Shown here: piece after piece, positions 1 to 12,600 of the stretch
Numbering within the stretch: position 1 is the stretch's first letter
Layout: each line of letters starts with the position of its first letter
Assembly: GCA_023246655.1 (NCBI GenBank)
Contig: JAHFHX010000005.1
Location: 67 to 64,066 of the forward strand
DNA from: Candidatus Magasanikiibacteriota bacterium
Lineage (GTDB): Bacteria > Patescibacteriota > Patescibacteriia > Magasanikbacterales > GWA2-37-8
Reading direction: 5' to 3'
Length of the DNA stretch: 64,000 nt
Notes under the pieces: model-generated
Told to the model about the DNA's origin: nothing
The model's database searches: none
The model's input: only the letters and a program-made list of their open reading frames with translations
Made by a program: the position numbers and the translations under genes

Positions 1-60
1 TAGGGGCCGTCAAAACCAAGTCGTCGGAGCTTTTGAAGAAACTTTTTATGGGAAATATTT

Positions 61-315
61 TTAAGCATGGTGAACCAGGGAAGATTTGGTAGTGTGAAGC
101 TGGCGAATGGACAAACCTGACACTGGTTCACGAGCAAGCAACTTGTGAATAGTCCATTCTTCCAAAACTTCGCGCAACTCTTCGCGGCACGCTTCAAGGG
201 TGGCGGCGTTTGCCCAGACGCCTTTTAAACCGGCAATCTCACCAAAATATGCTCCATTTTTGAGGAGTTTATATTGTGCTGACTGTAATTTTTTAGCAAA
301 AAATTGACTCAACAT
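61..315 (-). CDS. HicB-like antitoxin (UPF0150 family) candidate
   Basis: 84 aa; motif YFGEIAGLKG...TLEACREELREVLEEW resembles HicB/UPF0150 N-domain; possible partner truncated at window edge. Confidence 0.4.
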   Translation of the reverse strand: MLSQFFAKKLQSAQYKLLKNGAYFGEIAGLKGVWANAATLEACREELREVLEEWTIHKLLAREPVSGLSIRQLHTTKSSLVHHA

Positions 316-359
316 ATAGTAGTAGGATAAAGGATTTTGGCAAGAGCGTCAAGCGATAT

Positions 360-740
360 TTATTCTTCATACACTTCAATCGGTAACCCATCCGGGTCAC
401 GAAAGAAAGTATAACGCTTGTTCGTTGTCGGGTCAACTCGGATTGGTTCAACTTCAACGCCTTTATTTTTAAGTTCCAGCACCGTCTTCTCAATATCACT
501 CAGCGCAAACGCCACGTGTCGGAGTCCAACCGCCTCGGGGTTTGTAACGCGGGGTGGGGGAGTAGGAAAAGAAAAAAGTTCCAGTTGGCAATCAGCGAGC
601 CTGAGATCAAGTTTGTATGAATCTCGCTCCGCCCGGTACGTTTCATTAATAATTTTTGCACCTAAAATTTCCGTATAAAATTTTTTAGAAATTTTGTAAT
701 CAGAACAGATGATAGCGAGGTGGTGGAGGCGGGAGAACAT
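360..740 (-). CDS. VOC/glyoxalase family protein
   Basis: Start moved to internal Met (MFSRLHHLAII); glyoxalase-like HxA...E pattern, about 126 aa. Confidence 0.65.
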   Translation of the reverse strand: MFSRLHHLAIICSDYKISKKFYTEILGAKIINETYRAERDSYKLDLRLADCQLELFSFPTPPPRVTNPEAVGLRHVAFALSDIEKTVLELKNKGVEVEPIRVDPTTNKRYTFFRDPDGLPIEVYEE

Positions 741-757
741 ACTAATATAATTTAAAA

Positions 758-854
758 CCCTCCCCAACAAGGGGAGGGGCGCGGGGTGGGGTTTCGTTAG
801 TTACAGTGAATGATTAAACCCCTCTCTTTATTTCTCCCCTTGTTGGGGAGAGAT
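758..854. repeat. palindromic repeat family C (ccctcccc..ggggaggggcgcggggtggggtttcg)
   Basis: Same element in inverted orientation inside carA at 59199-59319. Confidence 0.8.
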
Positions 855-866
855 ACTTTTTAAATT

Positions 867-1937
867 CTATTCTTCATTGGGTGGCGGCACATCTTCATGT
901 GGTTTCCCCATTTCCTCTTCTGGTGGTTCGCCTTTTTCTACTACCTCCCATACTTGATGTTGAATTTGTTTGAGGAGTTTTGGATTCTCTTTCAAGAATC
1001 GTTTCGTGGCTTCGCGTCCCACACCCAACTTTTCTTCACCAAACGTGTACGAGTTACCTTTTTTGTCCACCACTTTGTAGGTCACGGCGGTATCAAGCAC
1101 ATCACCCGAAACCGAGATACCTTCATTATACATGATATCAAATTCACAAGTGCGGAACGGCGCAGCCACTTTATTTTTCACAACCTTAACTTTCACGCGA
1201 TTGCCGATAATTTTATCACCCTGTTTAATTTGCGCCGCGCGGCGAATTTCAATTCGGACAGACGAATAAAATTTCAAAGCCATGCCACCAGTCGTGGTTT
1301 CCGGATTCCCAAACACAATCCCAATCTTCATGCGTGTCTGGTTAATAAAAATCACCACCGTCTTAGATTTACTTACAATACCCGTCAACTTCCGTAGCGC
1401 CTGACTCATGAGACGTGCTTGGAGTCCCATGTGACTGTCGCCCATTTCACCTTCAATTTCTGCTTTCGGGACAAGTGCTGCTACCGAGTCAACTACAACA
1501 ACGTCAACCGCATTAGAGCGCACCAGTGTTTCCAAAATTTCTAAAGCTTGTTCACCCGTGTCTGGTTGTGAAATCAAAAGTTCGTCAACTTTCACCCCAA
1601 TTTTTTTGGCATAGTCTGGGTCGAGTGCGTGCTCGGCATCAATAAACGCCGCAATGCCACCCAGCTTTTGCACCTCCGCTACAATGTGTTGGGCAAGCGT
1701 AGTTTTTCCTGATGCTTCCGGACCGTAAATTTCAATCACGCGTCCTCGTGGTACACCGCCAACGCCCAGCGCAATGTCAACTGAGAGACATCCCGTTGGC
1801 ACGGCATCCACCTTCATGGCTTTGGATTCACCAAAGCGCATAATCGCTCCCTCCCCAAACCGAGTTTTAATTTGGTCAATAGCGCTCTCCGCTGCCTTTA
1901 ATTTTTCCTTAACCTCCTCCGATACTTGTTTAACCAT
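867..1937 (-). CDS. recA: recombinase RecA
   Basis: 356 aa; Walker [10 protein letters not shown], RecA L1/L2 regions, acidic C-tail. Confidence 0.95.
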   Translation of the reverse strand: MVKQVSEEVKEKLKAAESAIDQIKTRFGEGAIMRFGESKAMKVDAVPTGCLSVDIALGVGGVPRGRVIEIYGPEASGKTTLAQHIVAEVQKLGGIAAFIDAEHALDPDYAKKIGVKVDELLISQPDTGEQALEILETLVRSNAVDVVVVDSVAALVPKAEIEGEMGDSHMGLQARLMSQALRKLTGIVSKSKTVVIFINQTRMKIGIVFGNPETTTGGMALKFYSSVRIEIRRAAQIKQGDKIIGNRVKVKVVKNKVAAPFRTCEFDIMYNEGISVSGDVLDTAVTYKVVDKKGNSYTFGEEKLGVGREATKRFLKENPKLLKQIQHQVWEVVEKGEPPEEEMGKPHEDVPPPNEE

Positions 1938-2020
1938 AGGAATATTAGTCTAAAGTCTAAAGTCAAAGGTCCAAAAGTCGTTGTGACTTTATAGACTTTC
2001 GACTTTTAACTTTTTGACTA

Positions 2021-2746
2021 TTACAGCCCCATCTTACCGCTATTCTCATTTTTATTCAAACTCACCTGCTCTACCCTCTTTGGCAGTTGCACCACCAAGT
2101 GGCGGGTGATGGTGGAAATTTTGCCATGTTTTTTAGTTGCCTCCACGGTAATGGTGTTAACACCATGGGCCAAATCAATCTTAGTTTCAAATTCACCATG
2201 ATTATTCACCATTGCCGCCTGCCCATTAATAGTAAGAGTTGATTCTGGTTCCGTTTGACCTTGAATAATAGTGTTCAATTGGCTAATTACTTCACCCTCG
2301 AGTGGTGCATACAGTACGAGTTGCGGTGGTCGTACAATTCTAATAATTTGCCCGGTAAGGTAAACACCAAAAAGGAGTACGCCCCCGGCCACCAGGCCAA
2401 GGCGCAACATAGTTGCCAATGATGTAAAAGAAGAATATTTAATGGTTTGATGCGGATGAATTAAAGCTATTCCTTCTAGACCTCCTTCGCGAGTAAATTG
2501 GTCTAAGCAGGCTTCGGTTGGTAGGCCCACCAGGTGAGCGTACTCGCGAATATAGGCCAGACGGAAAGTTCGAGAAGTAGGCAATTTGCGAAAATTTCCT
2601 TGTTCAATAGCGGAAAGATATTTTTTTTGAATGTGGGTAGCACTCGCGATATCATCCAAGGTAATACAACGCTCTTCACGACGTTTCTGAAGTTGCTGCC
2701 CCAGGGAAGTCGTGAGGGGGAGTTTTTTGAAACAAAAGATGGACAT
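2021..2746 (-). CDS. XRE-type HTH domain membrane protein (RodZ-like)
   Basis: N-terminal HTH (ITLDDIASATHIQKKYLSAIEQG), central TM helix, C-terminal beta-rich domain. Confidence 0.5.
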   Translation of the reverse strand: MSIFCFKKLPLTTSLGQQLQKRREERCITLDDIASATHIQKKYLSAIEQGNFRKLPTSRTFRLAYIREYAHLVGLPTEACLDQFTREGGLEGIALIHPHQTIKYSSFTSLATMLRLGLVAGGVLLFGVYLTGQIIRIVRPPQLVLYAPLEGEVISQLNTIIQGQTEPESTLTINGQAAMVNNHGEFETKIDLAHGVNTITVEATKKHGKISTITRHLVVQLPKRVEQVSLNKNENSGKMGL

Positions 2747-2805
2747 ACATTAAAAATCACAATGACCAATTTCCAAAATTCAAAACACCAATTTCACACA
2801 CGGTT

Positions 2806-5217
2806 TTAATCATTGGGGTCTGATTGGTCATTGGTCATTTGAGTTTGGTCATTTAAAACAACACCTCCCGCATCCATGGTCTGCTCTTCAGCGGGAATTT
2901 CGTCCTCTTGGGCGAGTCGAAGATGTTCGGTAAATACTTCGCGTGGTTTGGCACCATCAGCTGGTCCTACTATACCATTCTCTTCCAGCTCGTCAAGAAG
3001 CCGCGCAGCGCGGGCATAGCCTACTTTCATTCGGCGTTGCAAAAGTGATGCACTGGCTTTACCCGATTCCAAAACAATTTTTTTAGCATCCTCAAACAAG
3101 GGGTCTTGGTCATCGCTGACCCCACCAAACATATTTACCGTGCCACCGCTGTTCGTTTTCGCAACAATCGAATCATCATACTCTGGCGGTTCGTCACCCT
3201 TTAGGTAGTTTACTACTTCTTTCATTTCTTCTTCCGAAACGTAGGCACCCTGGAGTCGTTTTGGTTTAGAGAGCTCAGCGGTTAAGAACAGCATGTCGCC
3301 GCGTCCCAACAGTTTGTCGGCACCGGGACAATCTAAAATCGTTCGTGAATCAACAATTGATGCTACTGAAAAGGCAATTCGTGCCGGAATATTAGCCTTC
3401 ATAAGTCCGGTGATGACTTCCACGCTTGGTCGCTGAGTTGCCACGACCAAGTGAATTCCCACTGCGCGTGCCATTTGGGCGAGGCGGATAATTCCAGCCT
3501 CTACCTCGCTGGCTGCCGTCGCCATCAGATCAGCCAATTCGTCAATCACAAAAACAATGTATGGTATCTTTTCCTCCGCAGTTTTATTATACGAAAGAAT
3601 GTCGCGTTTACCGGCGGTGGACAACACATCAAAGCGTCGTTCCATTTCACCCAGCGTCCATTTAAGAGCGTTAATCGTTTTGCCAGCATCAGTTATGACC
3701 GGCGTTAAAAGATGTGGAATACCATTATACAGGGTTAACTCCACTCGTTTCGGATCAACCATAATCATGCGTAATGTTTCCGGTGTATTTTGAAACAAGA
3801 GACTGAGAATAATAGTATTGATACAGACTGTTTTCCCCGAGCCGGTCGCACCGGCAATAAGGAGGTGAGGCATTTTTGGGAGGTCGCCTAACCACACTTT
3901 GCCCGCAACGTCTTTTCCAATAGCAATCATCATGGAATGTTCCCGGGTTTTATAGTCCTGAGTTTCCAATAGTTCACGTAGCGTCACCACGGCAACTTTT
4001 TGATTTGGCACTTCAATTCCGACCAATGACTGCCCGGGAATTGGTGCTTCAATCCGAATGGGATGCGCCGCCAAAGAAAGTGCTAAATCATTTGCCAGTG
4101 CTGTGATACGGGTTAACTTGATTCCCTTGGATGGCTTGAGCGAATATTGCGTCACCGTCGGCCCCACTCGCACTTCACCCATGTCCACCTCGATGCCAAA
4201 ATTTTGTAGAGTATCTTTAATGGTCTCGGCATTCGCTTTAATATCTCCCGAGGTTGGTTTGCTCTTAGATGCACGCAGAATGTCAATCGGCGGAACGTTT
4301 TTATATACCACGGGGGGTTTATGGATAGAAATTTTTTCTTCCGCCGGTTCTTCAGAGTCCGGGGGATCTTTTTCTTCGCTATGCGTTTTTTTTAAAACAT
4401 TTTTATGTTGAAAAATACGTGCCTCCTCGGTTTCATCATCAACGTTCGTTTGGTCGCCTACTAATTCTTCCGCTGCTTCGCTCGGGGGAACAGTGGTTTC
4501 ATAATCGCCTTTGATTTTAAATTTCACGGCGTCTGATTTTTTAAATGAAGCAAAAAACAGCACCACATGCTTACCTAGCCAGCCCAAGACCAAAAAAAAT
4601 TTTTTATGAACAGCCACAATTTGCGCCAGGGAGGTATTAAAGAGAAAGATGATCGAAGCGAGCAGTAGCCCTATGAGAATAAGGAGCGCCCCCCAATAAC
4701 CGACATACGTTCCAAGTGGCCAAGCCAAGGCAAGCCCGACAAGCCCACCACCATAACCCTGTAGTGCCAGCGTCGTCATATCAGCTACCGGTTTGTGCAG
4801 ATGAATGAGGCCGTTGAAACTCAAGAAAAATAGAACTGAACCAAGGGTATGGGTGGAACGATACTCATATTTTACATCCTTTATGAGGAGTGCGGCGACA
4901 ACACCAAGCACGAGGGGGAAGATATAGCGTACCTGGCCAAAAACAATAGCCAGTAACGAATCAATAAACTGTCCTGCGACTCCAGCGAGCGAAAAAAAAC
5001 TAAGGGCGGCAAGACCGGCCACGATACATAACAAAATTGCCAACAGTCCCGGACTGATCTCGGGGTTTACGTCGATTTTTTCATACCAGGTAACCTTTCG
5101 GCGGCGCGGGTAAGAATGAGAGCGTGCGTAGCGCATGGAAGGGAGTATGAAATTAAGGGAATTATTCAGGAGTAAATAACTACGTTTACAATCATGACGA
5201 TGCCCATAGTATAACAT
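2806..5217 (-). CDS. ftsK: DNA translocase FtsK/SpoIIIE
   Basis: N-terminal TM helices, Walker A GATGSGKTV, C-terminal gamma winged-helix (RRMKVGYARAARLLDELE). Confidence 0.9.
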   Translation of the reverse strand: MLYYGHRHDCKRSYLLLNNSLNFILPSMRYARSHSYPRRRKVTWYEKIDVNPEISPGLLAILLCIVAGLAALSFFSLAGVAGQFIDSLLAIVFGQVRYIFPLVLGVVAALLIKDVKYEYRSTHTLGSVLFFLSFNGLIHLHKPVADMTTLALQGYGGGLVGLALAWPLGTYVGYWGALLILIGLLLASIIFLFNTSLAQIVAVHKKFFLVLGWLGKHVVLFFASFKKSDAVKFKIKGDYETTVPPSEAAEELVGDQTNVDDETEEARIFQHKNVLKKTHSEEKDPPDSEEPAEEKISIHKPPVVYKNVPPIDILRASKSKPTSGDIKANAETIKDTLQNFGIEVDMGEVRVGPTVTQYSLKPSKGIKLTRITALANDLALSLAAHPIRIEAPIPGQSLVGIEVPNQKVAVVTLRELLETQDYKTREHSMMIAIGKDVAGKVWLGDLPKMPHLLIAGATGSGKTVCINTIILSLLFQNTPETLRMIMVDPKRVELTLYNGIPHLLTPVITDAGKTINALKWTLGEMERRFDVLSTAGKRDILSYNKTAEEKIPYIVFVIDELADLMATAASEVEAGIIRLAQMARAVGIHLVVATQRPSVEVITGLMKANIPARIAFSVASIVDSRTILDCPGADKLLGRGDMLFLTAELSKPKRLQGAYVSEEEMKEVVNYLKGDEPPEYDDSIVAKTNSGGTVNMFGGVSDDQDPLFEDAKKIVLESGKASASLLQRRMKVGYARAARLLDELEENGIVGPADGAKPREVFTEHLRLAQEDEIPAEEQTMDAGGVVLNDQTQMTNDQSDPND

Positions 5218-5222
5218 ACAAA

Positions 5223-5330
5223 ATGTCTAAGACCTAATATTTAATTTCTAATAAAATGACTAATCCAGCCTTCAATGACCAAGGTTGTATATGTAGAAGT
5301 TTTAGAAATTAGATATTAGGTCTTAGACAT
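5223..5330. repeat. inverted-repeat element family D (atgtctaagacctaatatttaatttctaa ... ttagaaattagatattaggtcttagacat)
   Basis: About 108 bp with perfect about 29-bp terminal IRs; paralogs at 19625-19732 and 50684-50790. Confidence 0.8.
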
Positions 5331-5332
5331 TA

Positions 5333-5360
5333 AAAAATCCCGACTCAGTCGGGATTAAAT
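5333..5360. terminator. hairpin tcccgactcagtcgggatt flanked by A-run and T-run
   Basis: Perfect 8-bp stem with A6 upstream and aaatttt downstream; bidirectional terminator-like. Confidence 0.4.
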
Positions 5361-5785
5361 TTTCTCCCCCACTACACTGCGAGAAGAGATGCATGTTTTA
5401 GCTAACGAACCGCATCTAGAAAATATTACCAAAAAACACAGGAGTGTTTGATGGTAAGAGAGAGAATTATTTTTTAGATATACGATCCGGTTGAAACATC
5501 AACTCTTTCGCAGTTGAGTAGAGGAGTAATTTTGTTGCTCTCATTGTAGTGGAGAGAAAAGAGGGCTGTCAAGTGTACAACTATAATAGGAAATATAAAG
5601 GCTGCGGAAAGTACTCAATGAGAACTTTTTCAGATGTTAAGTTTAATTTTTTTTATATCGCCCGCCTCTCAGGAGTATAATGAGGTTGTGGATAATTTTT
5701 GCGCTTAAGCACTCTTAAGATCAATTTTATTTTACTTTAGCTAAAAAATTTTATCCCTTGACAAATAGTTGTCCCCCTGCTGAGC

Positions 5786-5814
5786 TTGACAATGTTTTTT
5801 CTTTATTATAAAAT
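5786..5814 (+). promoter_or_regulatory. sigma70-type promoter upstream of rpoB (TTGACA-17-TAAAAT)
   Basis: Consensus -35 at 5786-5791, 17-nt spacer, -10 at 5809-5814; second extended -10 tgtataat at about 6059-6066. Confidence 0.55.
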
Positions 5815-6083
5815 GTAGGTACTTTAGAAAATTGTACGGACGATCAGCCTTATTTTGGCTAAAAATAGTTAAAATGAGCTTGATCGGACGAGCGTCTCTC
5901 CAGTTTGAACATCTGAAGAGGTGCATGGTACTCCTTAAATCCACTTTTTAGGCCCGCCGCCATGCCTTTTTTTGCTCGGAAATAAGCCAAAAATAAATAA
6001 ACCTCTCGGACGAGGCCTTTTTTTGTTGTTTGAAACACGAATCCCATAAATCACTATTTTTGTATAATCACTAAACTGAATCT

Positions 6084-9000
6084 ATGTCTATTTTCAAACG
6101 CCAACCATTGTCCTCTACCGATCGCCGTTTTTTTACCCGTGAAAGTTATGTTCCGCTACCTGATCTCATTGAAATCCAAAAAAATTCCTATGATTGGTTT
6201 TTGAAATTTGGTATTAAAGAATTGTTTGAAGAAGTTTCCCCAATCACTGATTTTAGTGGCCGTGATTTAGAATTGTATTTAGAAAATTATTATTTAGATG
6301 AAGCCCGATTTGATGAGGTCGTCTGTCGAGAGCGTAATATTACCTTTGAAGCGCCTCTGCGGGTAACGGCCCGCCTGTTGAATAAACGTACCAAGGAAAC
6401 CAAAACCCAGGAGATTTACTTGGGCGATGTCCCGGTTATGACGACGCGGGGAACTTTTGTTATCAATGGCATTGAACGCGTCGTGGTTTCCCAATTAATT
6501 CGAAGCGCGGGAGCATTTTTTATGGCCGAAAATGTTCGTGGCCGCCGTTACTATGGTGCTAAAATTATTCCCAACCGCGGTGCTTGGATTGAAATTGAAA
6601 CTGATCAGAGTAATGTTATTTGGATTAAGGTTGATCGTAAACGTAAGGTAGCAGCAACGTCACTGCTCCGGGCATTTGGATATGAAACTGATGAACAAAT
6701 TCATGATTTGTTTAAGGATGTTAATAATCACCCGCATATTGATTATGTTGATGCCACTATAAAGAAGGATATGGCCAAGAATATGGACGAAGGGTTGATT
6801 GAAGTATATAAAAGAATTCGTCCCGGGGATTTAGCAACTGCCGATAACGCCAAAAGTCTTATTTATGCAATGTTCTTTAATTTTGATCGCTATGATTTAG
6901 GACGGGTTGGTGTCTACAAATTTAATACTAAATTTGAAATGAATTTATCACCCGAAGATTTCGATGTTAAAGAGAATCGGGTATTGTCGGCCGAAAAGCT
7001 TCTCTATGTGCTTAAAGAAGTGGTGCGATTAAATATTACTCAAGAAGAACCAGATGATGTTGATCACTTGGGCAACCGTCGTGTGCGGGCGGTGGGTGAA
7101 CTTACCCAGAATCGTTTCCGTGTGGGGTTAGCGCGGATGGAGCGCATTATTAAGGATAGAATGAGTACCTATGAACTTGATCAATTAACACCCAATAAAC
7201 TCATCAATGCTCGGCCCGTAACCAGTGCTATCCGGGAGTTCTTTATGAGTTCGCAACTTTCTCAGTTCATGGATCAAACAAATCCTCTTGCTGAATTGGA
7301 GCACAAGCGTCGTCTCTCGGCGCTTGGCCCGGGTGGTTTATCGCGTGATCGCGCTGGCTTTGAAGTGCGTGATGTGCATACTACCCATTATGGTCGCATC
7401 TGTCCGATCGCCACCCCTGAAGGTCCCAATATCGGTCTGGTCAATCATCTTTCCAGTTACGCGCGGATTAATGAATTTGGTTTTATCGAAACACCCTACC
7501 GCACGGTTTTAAAAGAAATTAAAAACGATCCTAAATTTACTGAAGGGGAAACGATACGAGGGACTGTTGAAGGTTATAAAGATGGCACTATAATTAGTAA
7601 AGAAATTGCTACTAAACTTGCTAAATCAAAGGCTGCCACCATTGCAATTAAACCTCGGATTACTAACGAAGTGGTATATCTCAATTCTTTTAAAGAAGAA
7701 AAAGTTATTACCGCCGCAGCCAGCGTTAAAACTGATGATCGCGGGTACTTTGTTGAGGGCACTGTGCCGGCTCGAGTATTTGGTCACCCCAGCGTTGCTG
7801 CCACGAATGATCTTGATTATGTTGATGTTGACTCTAACCAGATCGTAAGTATCGCGACCTCCTGTATTCCGTTTTTAGAACATGATGATGCTACCCGCGC
7901 GCTGATGGGTACCAACATGCAGCGTCAAGCCGTACCGTGTATTAAACCAGAGCCGCCGTTAGTTGGTACCGGTGTCGAGCGTTCCGCAGCAATGTACTCA
8001 GGACAAATGGTGGTAGCAGAAGAAGATGGCGAAGTTACCGAAGTGGATGGTAATCGTATTGTGGTGACAACGAAGAAAAGCGGAGCACACAGTTATCGTC
8101 TCAATAAATTTATTCGTTCCAATGCCTCTACCTGTATTAATCAGCATGTAACCGTCCAGTTGGGCGATAAGGTTAAAAAAGGCCAGCCGCTCACTGATGG
8201 CCCTTGTGTTAAAGACGGTGAGTTGGCGCTGGGCCAAAATGTGCTGGTAGCCTATATGGTATGGGATGGTTTCAATTATGAAGATGCGGTGATTGTATCG
8301 GAACGTTTAGTCCAGAGTGATCGTTATAGCTCCATTCATATTGAGGATTATAGTGTGGATGTCTGTGAAACCAAATTGGGTGCTGAGGTTGTAACGGCTG
8401 ATATCCCCAACGTAAGTGAAGAAAAGCTAAAAAATTTGGATAGTGAAGGTATAATTCGTATTGGTGCCGAAGTAAAATCGGGTGATATTTTGGTCGGCAA
8501 AATTACTCCCAAAGGTGAGACGGAGCTCTCCGCGGAAGAGCGTCTGCTGCGAGCAATATTTGGTGAAAAAGCCCGTGATGTGCGCGATTCTTCGCTTTAC
8601 CTTGAACACGGTGAACATGGAAAAGTCATTGATATTAAAACTTTTTCCGCCGAAAACGGAGACAAACTTGAGCCGGGTGTGATTAAGCAAATTCAAGTTA
8701 CAGTGGCTGATCTGCGTAAAGTTCAAGTGGGCGACAAAATGGCTGGTCGTCATGGTAATAAAGGTGTTATTTCTAAAATTGTCCCCATGTCCGATATGCC
8801 GTTTCTAGAGGATGGCACCCCTGTTGATATTATTCTCTCGCCGCTGGGTGTTGTTTCCCGTATGAATTTGGGGCAACTGCTTGAGACCCACTTGGGGTTG
8901 GCGGCAAACGCACTGGGTTATAAAGCCGCTACGCCTGTCTTAAATGGTATTACCGAAGAGCAAATTAAAACTGAGTTAGCAAAAGCAACTCTCCCCACCA

Positions 9001-9509
9001 ACGGCCAAGTGCAACTGTATGATGGCCGCACCGGTGAACCATTCGATCATAAGGCCACCATTGGTTATAACTACATGTTAAAATTGAATCATATGGTGGA
9101 AGACAAAATTCACCAACGTTCAATTGGGCCGTATAGTCTTATCACTCAACAACCACTGGGTGGTAAAGCCCAGTTTGGTGGCCAGCGTTTTGGAGAAATG
9201 GAAGTATGGGCACTGGAGGCGTATGGCGCCGCGCATACCTTGCAAGAGATGATTACCATTAAATCCGATGACGTGCAGGGCCGTTCTAAAGCCTACGAGG
9301 CGATTATTAAGGGTGAAGCAGTTAGTAAGGTAAATATTCCCGAATCATTTAATGTGTTGGTGCGTGAATTGAAAGGTCTTGGTCTTGACGTTGAACTTTT
9401 GAGTCGTTCGTCATCAGGTGAATATCGCCCTGCCGAAGAGGTAAAAGCCGAAGCAGATCGAGAGCGGCGGATGATGGAGCCAGAACAGACAACGGAGACG
9501 GCGAAATAA
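6084..9509 (+). CDS. rpoB: DNA-directed RNA polymerase subunit beta
   Basis: 1141 aa with canonical RpoB conserved blocks. Confidence 0.97.
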   Translation: MSIFKRQPLSSTDRRFFTRESYVPLPDLIEIQKNSYDWFLKFGIKELFEEVSPITDFSGRDLELYLENYYLDEARFDEVVCRERNITFEAPLRVTARLLNKRTKETKTQEIYLGDVPVMTTRGTFVINGIERVVVSQLIRSAGAFFMAENVRGRRYYGAKIIPNRGAWIEIETDQSNVIWIKVDRKRKVAATSLLRAFGYETDEQIHDLFKDVNNHPHIDYVDATIKKDMAKNMDEGLIEVYKRIRPGDLATADNAKSLIYAMFFNFDRYDLGRVGVYKFNTKFEMNLSPEDFDVKENRVLSAEKLLYVLKEVVRLNITQEEPDDVDHLGNRRVRAVGELTQNRFRVGLARMERIIKDRMSTYELDQLTPNKLINARPVTSAIREFFMSSQLSQFMDQTNPLAELEHKRRLSALGPGGLSRDRAGFEVRDVHTTHYGRICPIATPEGPNIGLVNHLSSYARINEFGFIETPYRTVLKEIKNDPKFTEGETIRGTVEGYKDGTIISKEIATKLAKSKAATIAIKPRITNEVVYLNSFKEEKVITAAASVKTDDRGYFVEGTVPARVFGHPSVAATNDLDYVDVDSNQIVSIATSCIPFLEHDDATRALMGTNMQRQAVPCIKPEPPLVGTGVERSAAMYSGQMVVAEEDGEVTEVDGNRIVVTTKKSGAHSYRLNKFIRSNASTCINQHVTVQLGDKVKKGQPLTDGPCVKDGELALGQNVLVAYMVWDGFNYEDAVIVSERLVQSDRYSSIHIEDYSVDVCETKLGAEVVTADIPNVSEEKLKNLDSEGIIRIGAEVKSGDILVGKITPKGETELSAEERLLRAIFGEKARDVRDSSLYLEHGEHGKVIDIKTFSAENGDKLEPGVIKQIQVTVADLRKVQVGDKMAGRHGNKGVISKIVPMSDMPFLEDGTPVDIILSPLGVVSRMNLGQLLETHLGLAANALGYKAATPVLNGITEEQIKTELAKATLPTNGQVQLYDGRTGEPFDHKATIGYNYMLKLNHMVEDKIHQRSIGPYSLITQQPLGGKAQFGGQRFGEMEVWALEAYGAAHTLQEMITIKSDDVQGRSKAYEAIIKGEAVSKVNIPESFNVLVRELKGLGLDVELLSRSSSGEYRPAEEVKAEADRERRMMEPEQTTETAK

Positions 9510-9611
9510 AGAAATAGAAAAATAAGCGACTGCCCATTCTCCGCTGGGGCGGGGAATCCAACGCCCAATCACAAATTATAAATCTGAAATCTTAAATCTG
9601 AAATCAACTCT

Positions 9612-12600
9612 ATGTCCCGTGAACTCACCCATTCTATTCACTTCGATGCCATCCGTCTAAAATTAGCTTCACCGGAGGTAATTCGTTCTTGGAGCTATGG
9701 TGAAGTTAGTAAACCCGAGACCATTAACTACCGTACCCAAAAACCAGAAAAGGGTGGTTTGTTTGCCGAAGAAATTTTTGGGCCAACCAAAGATTGGGAA
9801 TGTTATTGTGGTAAATATAAAAAAATTCGCTATAAAGGCATTGTATGTGATAAGTGCGGCGTGGAGGTAACGCATTCCTTGGTTCGCCGTGAGCGGATGG
9901 GCCATATTGAATTGGTGGCTCCGGCCGCCCATATTTGGTTTCTTCGCTCTGTGCCATCCAAAGTTGGATTAGTATTGGATTTAGGCGCCCAAGCTTTAGA
10001 AAAGGTAATTTACTTTGCTTCTTTTATTATTACCCACGTTGATGAACCCGGGAAAAAACAAACTGCTGACTTGCTTCGGCAAGAATTTAAAGTCAAAAAG
10101 AAACAAATTGAACATGAACACGAAGAAACACTGAAGCGAGCCGCTGATGATAAAGCAACCCAGAAGGCACTTGATAAAATTCAAGATGAAACCGAACGCA
10201 AACGTAAAGCACTGGAAGCTGATTTTACAAGCGCGGAACGTGAGTTGAAAGAGCTTCAGGTGATGCGCATTATTTCCGAAAATAAATATCAAGAGTTATC
10301 GCTCCGTTACGGTCATTTGTTCGAGGCCTCAATTGGTGCCGAAGGAATTTATCATCTTTTGTCGCGAATTAACGTCGAAGAAACTATCAAGAAACTCACC
10401 GTGGAACAGCAACAAGCGAAGGGAACAAAGCTGGAGCGCATTATTCGTCGCAAAAAACTTTTAAAGAGTTTGGCCATGAATAGCATTCGTCCCGAATGGA
10501 TGGTGCTTAAAAATATTCCCGTCATCCCGCCGGACCTGCGCCCAATGGTGGCTCTGGATGGTGGGCGGTTTGCAACCTCAGATTTGAACGATCTCTACCG
10601 TCGTGTTATTAATCGCAACAATCGTTTGCGACGTCTGTTGGAACTTGATGCCCCGGAAGTTATTTGTCGAAATGAAAAAAGAATGCTGCAGGAAGCGGTG
10701 GATGCCCTCATCGATAACAGCGCTCGCCATTCCAAAACCGTTACTGCCTCAACGGGCCAAAAGCGTCAACTGCGTTCATTGGCCGATATTCTTAAAGGTA
10801 AGCAAGGGCGCTTCCGTCAGAATTTGCTTGGAAAAAGAGTAGATTATTCCGGTCGTTCAGTCATCGTCGTCGGCCCTCAATTGAGTATTGATGAATGCGG
10901 TCTTCCCAAACGGATGGCTCTGGAACTATTCAAACCATTTATCATGGGAGAAATTATTAAACGCGAATTAGCTCACAATGTTCGCAGTGCGAGCCGGTTT
11001 ATTGAATCGCAAGTTGATGAAGTGTGGGATATTTTAGAAGAATTAACCAAAACCAGCCGTGTAATGTTAAACCGCGCCCCTACGCTGCACCGCCTTGGTA
11101 TCCAAGCGTTTCACCCTCGCTTGGTAGAAGGTAAAGCCATCCAGTTACATCCCTTGGTTTGTACCGCTTTTAATGCCGACTTTGATGGTGACCAAATGGC
11201 GGTGCACCTGCCCTTAACAGCGGAAGCTCGTTGGGAAGCGGAAAATCTCATGGCTGCGGAAAAAAATCTGTTAAAGCCAGCTACTGGTCAGCCGGTAATT
11301 ACTCCCAAGCAGGATATTGCCCTTGGTTGTTTTTATTTAACTAAATCCGATGTGGATGATTCTGCAACAACCATTAAATACTTTGGGAGTGAAAAAGAAG
11401 CTAAGTTAGCATATAAAATGCGTACCGCTACACTTCACGAGCGAGTTAAAGTTCGTTTTACTAAACTTGACAAATTCCCCGCCGAGACACCAGCGCTCAT
11501 TGAGACAACCGTTGGTCGCATCCTGTTTAATGAGGTGGTGCCAGACAAGCTGCCCTATTATAACGAAACTATTACCGTTAAAAAATTAGCCAGCATCATT
11601 CGGTTGTGTCTCGAACTCTACGGTCAACAGGACACCGCCTTCTTTTTGGATGAATTGAAGAATCTTGGATATCGCTATGTTACTAAATCTGGTTACTCCC
11701 TTGGTATGGATGATTTTCCGAAGATCGTGCAAAAGCCAAGTTTGATTCGCGAGGGTGATGAGCGGGTACGCGTTATGGAAGAACAATATCGGGAGGGTCT
11801 ATTAACGCAGGGTGAACGCCACGCTAAAATTTTAGAAATTTGGACCGAAACAAAAGATAAAATCCTCAGCAATACACGGGATGTCTTAGATAAACATGGT
11901 CCGGTATTTGCGATGATTGACTCTGGCGCCCGTGGTACTTACGGGCAGCTTGGCCAGGTGATGGGCATGAAGGGCTTAGTCGTTTCCCCCTCCGGTGACA
12001 TTATTGAACTACCCATTAAAGGCAACTTTAAAGAAGGTTTTGATGTCCTTGAATTCTTTATCTCCTCACACGGTACCCGCAAAGGTTTGTCTGATACCGC
12101 TTTGCGCACAGCCAACGCCGGGTATCTTACTCGTCGTTTGGTAGATGTCTCGCAAGATGTGATTGTTATTGAAGATGATTGTGGTGACAAAGAAGGCGAA
12201 ATATTTACAGCGGAACAATCCCGTGAAATGGGTGAAAAACTCTCGGATCGCGTTTGGAGTCGTTACGTTTTGGCCGATGTTAAAGTGGGCAGTACCGTTA
12301 TTGTTCCGGCTGGCGAAGCCATTAATGATCGAGCCGCGCGGTTAGTTGATGAACACAACATTACTTCCATCCATGTGCGCAGTATTATGCAGTGTAGGCT
12401 GGCAAAGGGCGTATGTCGTAAATGCTATGGTTTTGATTTGGGAAGCAACCAGCCAGCCGAAATGGGAACCGCCGTAGGTATTATTGCTGCACAAAGCATT
12501 GGTGAACCGGGTACTCAGCTTACCTTACGCACCTTCCATACCGGTGGTGTGGCTGGTGGGGATATTACCCAAGGGTTGCCACGGGTTGAAGAATTGTTTG

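Noticed and set aside
7288-12345. Numerous 60-110-aa ORFs inside rpoB and rpoC on both strands
   Set aside because: Embedded in highly conserved RNA polymerase coding sequence. No independent signals.
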